Source of the DNA: Candidatus Poribacteria bacterium
Lineage (GTDB): Bacteria > Poribacteria > WGA-4E > WGA-3G
DNA: 64,000 bases
Assembly: GCA_963665235.2 (NCBI GenBank)
Contig: CAXXLX010000001.1
Span: 96,001 to 160,000 of the forward strand
Reading direction: 5' to 3'
This document shows positions 58,148 to 64,000 of the stretch, one piece after another. Under the pieces are notes generated by a model. It was not told the DNA's origin, ran no database searches, and saw only the letters and a program-made list of their open reading frames with translations. The position numbers were made by a program, and so were the translations under genes. The first letter of the stretch is position 1, and each line of letters begins with the position of its first letter.

Positions 58148-58927
58148 ATGTGGAGCTATTGTGCAAGCACGCTTCCATTTTCCAATTTTGGTTTGTCGGA
58201 GTTTGTGGGTGAGTTATCTGAAAGTGGTGTATCTGCTATCGAACTCGCCCAAACCCATTTTTCGGATGCGGAAGCCGAAACTATCGAAGCACTCCGAGAG
58301 GAGACCGGGCTCCATTTCAAATCTTTGCTGAGCACGGTACGGATTGACGCGCCAGATGGACTTGAAACGTTGATTTCTATTCTTGACACTGCTCAAAGGC
58401 TTTCCATTTCAACGGTTAGCATTGCAAGTGGTGGCAATGAAACCGCCACCGCTCGCGAGATTGAAACGATTATCGGTTATCTCAAAACGGTTACCGAAGA
58501 AGCAGCAGCGCGTAATCTGACGCTTGCTCTCTATGCACACGAAGGGAGTCTCGCCTACAATCTGGAACGCACACAACACATCTTGGAGGCAATCCCTGCT
58601 GAAAACTTTGGTTTTTACTACAGTGCCTATCATTTCCATCGGGCGGGAGATGACCCCGTTGTCGCCTTGCGAACCTTGTCAGAGCGGTTATTTAGTGTCT
58701 ATTTCAATTGTGGTGTGGATTTGCCAACAGGCAGTGAGCCGTTCTGGGCACCAGAGATGGATTTTCCTGCTATCTGTCAGGAGATAGACCGTGTCGGTTA
58801 CACGGAGGAAATTATGCTCATCTATCTGGGTTTGCAAGCGGAGACACCTGAACCGATTATTGAGGGTATCTCAAATGCGCGGGTGAAGTTGGAATCGCTT
58901 CGGCAATCAACGTCATCCATCTTGTGA
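58148..58927 (+). CDS. Divergent xylose-isomerase-like TIM barrel protein
   Basis: Same fold pattern with degenerate metal ligands. Confidence 0.65.
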   Translation: MWSYCASTLPFSNFGLSEFVGELSESGVSAIELAQTHFSDAEAETIEALREETGLHFKSLLSTVRIDAPDGLETLISILDTAQRLSISTVSIASGGNETATAREIETIIGYLKTVTEEAAARNLTLALYAHEGSLAYNLERTQHILEAIPAENFGFYYSAYHFHRAGDDPVVALRTLSERLFSVYFNCGVDLPTGSEPFWAPEMDFPAICQEIDRVGYTEEIMLIYLGLQAETPEPIIEGISNARVKLESLRQSTSSIL

Positions 58928-58967
58928 ACACAGTTGTACATATCGTTTTTAACAAGGTAAAGAAACA

Positions 58968-59282
58968 ATGAATAACAAATTCATCTCAATCATGACAGCT
59001 CGCATCGTGCGCGATTTTAATCCTTTGCAGATTGTCCTCTTCGGTTCACAGGCACGAGGCGACGCACATCGGCATAGCGATATAGATCTGCTCGTCGTTT
59101 TTTCCGAACTCTCGGATAAAGGGAAAACTGCTGTTGATATTCGAGTTGCCCTGGCTGACTTACCCGTGGCTAAGGACATCGTTGTAACAACCCCCGAGGA
59201 ACTTGCACGCCACCGCACACGGATCGGCTCGGTGCTGCGTTATGCCCAACAGGAGGGAAAAATACTCTATGCAAACGACTAA
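58968..59282 (+). CDS. MNT nucleotidyltransferase (antitoxin)
   Basis: LFGSQARG...SDIDLLVV. Confidence 0.88.
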   Translation: MNNKFISIMTARIVRDFNPLQIVLFGSQARGDAHRHSDIDLLVVFSELSDKGKTAVDIRVALADLPVAKDIVVTTPEELARHRTRIGSVLRYAQQEGKILYAND

Positions 59283-59375
59283 GGTATTTGCAGAAACTGC
59301 TCGCTGGCTGCGTTATGCGGAGGAAGATTTAATAACCGCTGAAACGCTTTTAGCGCAGGCACACATCCCACCTCC
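59269..59375 (+). pseudogene. Truncated HEPN toxin
   Basis: WLRYAEEDL..AE.LL HEPN first helix overlapping the MNT stop, then homology is lost. Confidence 0.7.
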
Positions 59376-59409
59376 TTGTGTGGTGGTATGCGGTGCCGAT
59401 TTCCTGCTA

Positions 59410-60468
59410 CTATGTCAGATCGGTGAGTTGGGGCATGACTTCATTCTTGAGGAGTTCCATGGAATGTAGCCACTGTTCCTTCGGCTCCCATTCGTGTCCC
59501 ATGGCAAGCAACACCCCGAATCCGCCGACCTCCTCATAGAGTTGGCGTAAACGGTTCGCAACATGGTCCGGACTACCAACAATCCACAACGTGTCAAGTA
59601 AAACCTCTAGACAGGTTTCTACGTCCGGAATATCAGGGTTCATCTTAAATCTCTCCCATCCGAAGAGTTTGAACCAATACTCCCGGAAATCGCGGCCGAG
59701 TGTACCTTCTATGGCCTCTTTACGCGCCTGTTCGGTCGTGTCGGCGACGTACACTTCGCGTGCAATACGCCATGTAGAACGAGACGGTGAGAGGCCCGTC
59801 TTTTGTGCTCCCTCCGCTACCGCATCCCAATGCGTTTTAATGACCGAGACGGGGGCAAGGTTGATGCTCATCGGAATCCACCCGCGTTCGCCCGCGAGAA
59901 TAAGGGTACTTGATTTGGTAGAAGAGCCAGCGAGGGCAATCGGCGGGTGCGGTTTTTGATACGGCTTCATGTGAACACTGACGATATCTGGGTTTCCGCT
60001 CGGTATTTTAAATTCCCAAAAATCGCTTTTGTAATGACCGGGCACCGGATCGGTCCAAAGCTTGAGTACCGCGTCAATTCCTTCTTGCGTTGACTGTCGT
60101 CTATCGCCTTGTGCCATGAACATTTCGGCATCGCTGGGTGTAGAACTTGAGCCGACCCCCCAGTGAAAACGGCCATGGGCGAGATGGTCTAACTGTGCGA
60201 TGCGATGTGCGACGACAGCCGGATTGTGAATCGGCATACACGTAATACCTGTCCCGAAGATAATGTTCTGTGTCATGGCAATCGCTTTTGCAATAAAAAG
60301 GTCAGGACATGGAATATTTTCCCATGTAAACGTAAAATGTTCGCCAATATAAGCTTCGCTATAGCCCAGCTCGTCCAGTACTACCATCTGCTCAAGGTCG
60401 GCATCGAGCGTTTTGGTGGTGTCGCTACCGGGTGGGTGCAAAGGCATTGTGAAAAAACCGAGTTCCAT
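59410..60468 (-). CDS. LLM-class flavin-dependent monooxygenase
   Basis: IGEHF, QLDHL..GRF.WGVG, PYQKPHPP, IVGSPD. Confidence 0.9.
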   Translation of the reverse strand: MELGFFTMPLHPPGSDTTKTLDADLEQMVVLDELGYSEAYIGEHFTFTWENIPCPDLFIAKAIAMTQNIIFGTGITCMPIHNPAVVAHRIAQLDHLAHGRFHWGVGSSSTPSDAEMFMAQGDRRQSTQEGIDAVLKLWTDPVPGHYKSDFWEFKIPSGNPDIVSVHMKPYQKPHPPIALAGSSTKSSTLILAGERGWIPMSINLAPVSVIKTHWDAVAEGAQKTGLSPSRSTWRIAREVYVADTTEQARKEAIEGTLGRDFREYWFKLFGWERFKMNPDIPDVETCLEVLLDTLWIVGSPDHVANRLRQLYEEVGGFGVLLAMGHEWEPKEQWLHSMELLKNEVMPQLTDLT

Positions 60469-60692
60469 GAAAAACTCCTATGTGTATCCCGAACGAATCG
60501 GGGTAGGATGCTGGTCCAATTTTCGCTAACGAACGTCAGGATAGTCACGTGTGTCCGCGTCACTTTAAAGAACGTGACAACATCTAGTAAATGTGTTATT
60601 ATTTTTAAGAAGACATTAAGATTTTGGGTTAAACGTTACCACAAACCCGAATATTTTTCAAACATTTTACGTAAAAAGGAAGACAGATATTT

Positions 60693-61883
60693 ATGAGAAT
60701 GAAAATTTTTACGCTAACTTCACTTGTTCTGCTCTGCGTTCTAGGGACATGTTTATCAGGGTGCGAACGAATGCAGCAAATGCCTCCGCCAGACACCGAG
60801 GTGCCGGCGAAGTTAAAAATCGGTGTCATCCAGTCATCACATAGCTACACAACTTTTAGTCAAGGTGCCGAAACCGCACGTGCTCAAATCAATGAAAATG
60901 GTGGGATACTCGGCATGGAGGTGGTGTTTATCACTCGAAATAATCAACCCGTAGCAGATGAACTGCCGATACCAGAAGCAAGCATCAACGCAGCAAAAGA
61001 GCTGATTGAGATGGAAAACGTATTTGCCCTTCTCGGTCCTGTTCGTTCAACCATGGCAATTGAGGTAGGTCCAATTGCACAGCAGGCACAGCGACTCATG
61101 CTTCCCGGCTCAAGCGGCTCAAATGTGCCAGAATCTGGAGATTATATATTTCTCATCACAGTCCCAAACCCATTTCAAGGAGAGGTGATGGCAAATTTCG
61201 CGATGAATCCGGACGAGCTCAATGCTAAAACTGCAGCAACTGTTTATGAAGCAGATGACAACTACTCCATTGACCTTGTCCAAGCGTTTGAGACAGCTTT
61301 TAAGGAAATCGGCGGTCAAATCGTTCACAGCGGCTTATATCCTGCAGGTGAGACTACCTTCACAGCACTGATTAAGGAAATTCAGGAGTTGGACGTTACC
61401 CCTGATGTTATCTTCTGTCCCGGGACTCAGCCAGAAGTACCACGTTTGATTGAGAAAGCACGACAAGCGGGTATCAAAGCAACTTTTCTCGGTGGTAGTG
61501 CATGGGATGACAGAGAACGGTTCCTTGGTATTTTAGACGATAGTACTGCGTTAGATGGCAGTTATTATCCGACCAATTTTTCTGTGGCGACCCCGGACCC
61601 GGATGTTCAGGAATTCGTGACAGATTATACGGCACTCTTCGGCAGTCCGCCCGATGGCATTGCTGCTTCGGGGTATGATGCGATGCGCCTCTTGGCACGC
61701 GCGATAGAGACCGCGGGTTCGCTTGACCCTGTTGCGGTCCGAGATGCGTTCGCTGCTGTTAGTGATTACAAAGGGGCTACAGCGATTTCGCGTTACGACG
61801 AAAATCGGCATCCTGTCAAAAGTCTTGCAATTCAGGTAATTCGTGGTGGACAGGTTGAACACTATAAAGTTGTGGAACCGTAG
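60693..61883 (+). CDS. Branched-chain amino acid ABC-type substrate-binding lipoprotein (orphan)
   Basis: Lipobox LSGC, INENGGILG, GYDAM; no permease nearby. Confidence 0.88.
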   Translation: MRMKIFTLTSLVLLCVLGTCLSGCERMQQMPPPDTEVPAKLKIGVIQSSHSYTTFSQGAETARAQINENGGILGMEVVFITRNNQPVADELPIPEASINAAKELIEMENVFALLGPVRSTMAIEVGPIAQQAQRLMLPGSSGSNVPESGDYIFLITVPNPFQGEVMANFAMNPDELNAKTAATVYEADDNYSIDLVQAFETAFKEIGGQIVHSGLYPAGETTFTALIKEIQELDVTPDVIFCPGTQPEVPRLIEKARQAGIKATFLGGSAWDDRERFLGILDDSTALDGSYYPTNFSVATPDPDVQEFVTDYTALFGSPPDGIAASGYDAMRLLARAIETAGSLDPVAVRDAFAAVSDYKGATAISRYDENRHPVKSLAIQVIRGGQVEHYKVVEP

Positions 61884-61977
61884 GACAAAATTGTGCGGGC
61901 AGATGTTGTTTAATCTGCCCACTTCTTTGGAAACATTTTGTTTATATGGCATGTTCTCGACAAATGGGGGAAGCGAA

Positions 61978-62229
61978 TTGAGTTACAAGATTAAAATTTT
62001 CTATGACCGAGAGGCTGATGTCCTCTATGTAACACAGGGTAATCCTGAACACACGGACTACGTCGAATACGGTGAGGATGTCCTTCTACGTTTCCATCCA
62101 GAGACGAAGAGGTTAGTTGGATTCACCCTTATTGATTTTTCACACCACTTTGCTAACAAAGAATCGGGCATCTCGCTCCCCTTTAATGTTGATTTTCAGA
62201 TGTCTGACACGGTAGAGCTATTTTATTGA
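61978..62229 (+). CDS. DUF2283 family protein
   Basis: YDREADVLYV...LVGFTLIDF; start uncertain. Confidence 0.7.
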   Translation: MSYKIKIFYDREADVLYVTQGNPEHTDYVEYGEDVLLRFHPETKRLVGFTLIDFSHHFANKESGISLPFNVDFQMSDTVELFY

Positions 62230-62267
62230 GCTCGTCCCTACAGAGAAATTAGAGGAGACCACTTATT

Positions 62268-63323
62268 ATGGCAAATCAATTGATTCAACTCGGTGTCATT
62301 GGATGCGGATGGGCAGGCTGTCGCGCTATAGAATCTGCCAACGCCACCTCTCGACTGAACGTCATCGCAATTGCTGAACGTGACCCAGTACGCTTGGCAC
62401 AGGCAGGCGATGACAACGCGGTACCGCACCGCTACGCTGACTATCATGAACTTCTGGACAATCCCGACGTTGACGCTGTCTATCTCGCGACCTCTCCGGA
62501 TGGCAGGCTGCAACAGGTGTTGGATACACTCGGGGCGGGTAAGCATGTCTTGGTACAAAAACCGCACGCTATCCGCGCCCCCGAAATTTTAGAGATGGAG
62601 GCGGCAGCACAAAAAGCTGAGAAAACACTTCAATTCTGCTACTTTATGCGCCATTTTCCAAACAACCGCCAAATTCGGCACGTTGTTTTGAACGGGGCAA
62701 TTGGTGACCTGTATCACGCCCGCGTTTTTGGGAAATTTAATTCTATTCCACCTTTTAATGATAATAGTCGCTGGCTGCATGTCTATGGACAGAAAGGCGG
62801 TTCATTAGGGCAGCATTACTCACATGAACTCAATCTGACATGGTGGTGGATGGGATGTCCGAAACCTGAGTGGGCATTTGCGGCGAAGCACGTGCTTTAC
62901 CCCCAATATGACGGACCGGAAGGCGCAGCGGAGGACTATTTGACCGGTATCCTCGGATGTGAAGGCGGAAAAACTATCCAAATAGATTGTTCTCGGATGA
63001 GTCATTCGGATTCGGGAAGTGTTGTTGAACTCTACGGTACGACTGGTGCCATCACGAATGGCGGTATATCAAGATTCAAAGATGGTGGATTTGTCCGGGA
63101 AGCCGTTGATGCCCCAACGGAAATTGACCATGGGGCGTTGCCTGAAAATGTGCCGGTTTTTTTCTATGAGCTCAATCACTTCGCTATGGCGATTGCGGGG
63201 GAGGTTGCGCCGGATGTTGATGCGTCTGATGCGTATACTTTTATGCAGATTTTGGATGCGTTTTATGATAGCGCGAAGAGTGGGGAGAAGGTTTTTATTG
63301 GTTCTGGCTCATGTAAAGAATAA
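62268..63323 (+). CDS. Gfo/Idh/MocA family oxidoreductase
   Basis: GVIGCGWAG, GKHVLVQKP. Confidence 0.88.
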   Translation: MANQLIQLGVIGCGWAGCRAIESANATSRLNVIAIAERDPVRLAQAGDDNAVPHRYADYHELLDNPDVDAVYLATSPDGRLQQVLDTLGAGKHVLVQKPHAIRAPEILEMEAAAQKAEKTLQFCYFMRHFPNNRQIRHVVLNGAIGDLYHARVFGKFNSIPPFNDNSRWLHVYGQKGGSLGQHYSHELNLTWWWMGCPKPEWAFAAKHVLYPQYDGPEGAAEDYLTGILGCEGGKTIQIDCSRMSHSDSGSVVELYGTTGAITNGGISRFKDGGFVREAVDAPTEIDHGALPENVPVFFYELNHFAMAIAGEVAPDVDASDAYTFMQILDAFYDSAKSGEKVFIGSGSCKE

Positions 63324-63454
63324 GTGCATAAGAAAATTTAACCCTTGTGGCCATTGCGTTTATTAGAACGATCGCACACATCTTTAACATGAGCCTTGGT
63401 TCTTAGCGAGGAAAATAAAAAACACTTTGGATGGAGCCTTTTAGATATCTTTTC

Positions 63455-64000
63455 CTATTTCTGCCCGCTTACTTTGTTTAGTAATTCGATGAGATAGTTT
63501 GAAGGGATAGCGAAATTCAGATTCTGTCCGGTTGTTATTATTGACACTGCAACACCTATCACTTCACCCTTGCTGTTTAACACAGGACCACCGCTGCTGC
63601 CTTTGGAAATAGGTGCTGTAATCTGGATACGTTCACTACCAACCTGGAACTCGCGTACACCACTTACAATGCCATTTGAAAATGTTCCTTCTAAAAACCC
63701 TATTGGATTACCTGCTACGTAAACAGATTCACCTATTTGCACTTTGTCGCTTTTGCCAAGAGAAAGGGCAGGTGCACCAACATCCGAAACCCTAATAATT
63801 GCTAAATCTTGTCGCGAGTCCATGGCAACGATGCCTTCTATGCGATGTGTTCTATCCATCCCAACCCGCTTGACATATCCTCTGAGAACCCCTTCAACAA
63901 CGTGTAGATTAGTGGCAATTGTATCGCGCGTAACGAAAAATCCACTCCCAATATTCAGGGGCTGTCCATTTCGATCTTCCATAACGATGAGGACAGTAGA
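63455..64000 (-). CDS. Trypsin-like serine protease (5' end off window)
   Basis: GSGFF, TNLHVV, QDLAII, GSSGGP. Confidence 0.85.
   Translation of the reverse strand, partial: STVLIVMEDRNGQPLNIGSGFFVTRDTIATNLHVVEGVLRGYVKRVGMDRTHRIEGIVAMDSRQDLAIIRVSDVGAPALSLGKSDKVQIGESVYVAGNPIGFLEGTFSNGIVSGVREFQVGSERIQITAPISKGSSGGPVLNSKGEVIGVAVSIITTGQNLNFAIPSNYLIELLNKVSGQK

Overview
This is a moderate-GC bacterial chromosomal segment. Its gene content (several Gfo/Idh/MocA oxidoreductases and sugar isomerases, PhyH, an FGE-sulfatase-domain lipoprotein, trypsin-TPR paralogues, FlgD-Ig exoproteins) resembles the sponge symbiont Ca. Poribacteria, which is an inference. Housekeeping genes (nnr, ileS, HtrA, DinG/YoaA, sppA, RimK family) alternate with accessory genes and many small mobile elements. 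Highlights: (1) an unannotated 45-aa Ile-rich leader peptide with a terminator/antiterminator upstream of ileS, suggesting ribosome-mediated attenuation; (2) an intact IsrB OMEGA element (omegaRNA plus PLMP-RuvC nickase, ATGA TAM) inside a caspase/gingipain-like peptidase gene that a MITE also interrupts; (3) a probably tnpB-deleted IS200/605 remnant that keeps its promoter and ends; (4) four MITE families carrying GTAG-REP hairpins, one of which amplifies its REP into spacer-less 32-bp arrays; (5) a ParA + RelA/SpoT synthetase pair; (6) an ECF sigma / secreted peptide / Cys-rich protein locus; (7) a beta/gamma-crystallin + long flotillin pair. Some frameshifts may be assembly errors. All calls come from reading the sequence; no searches were run.
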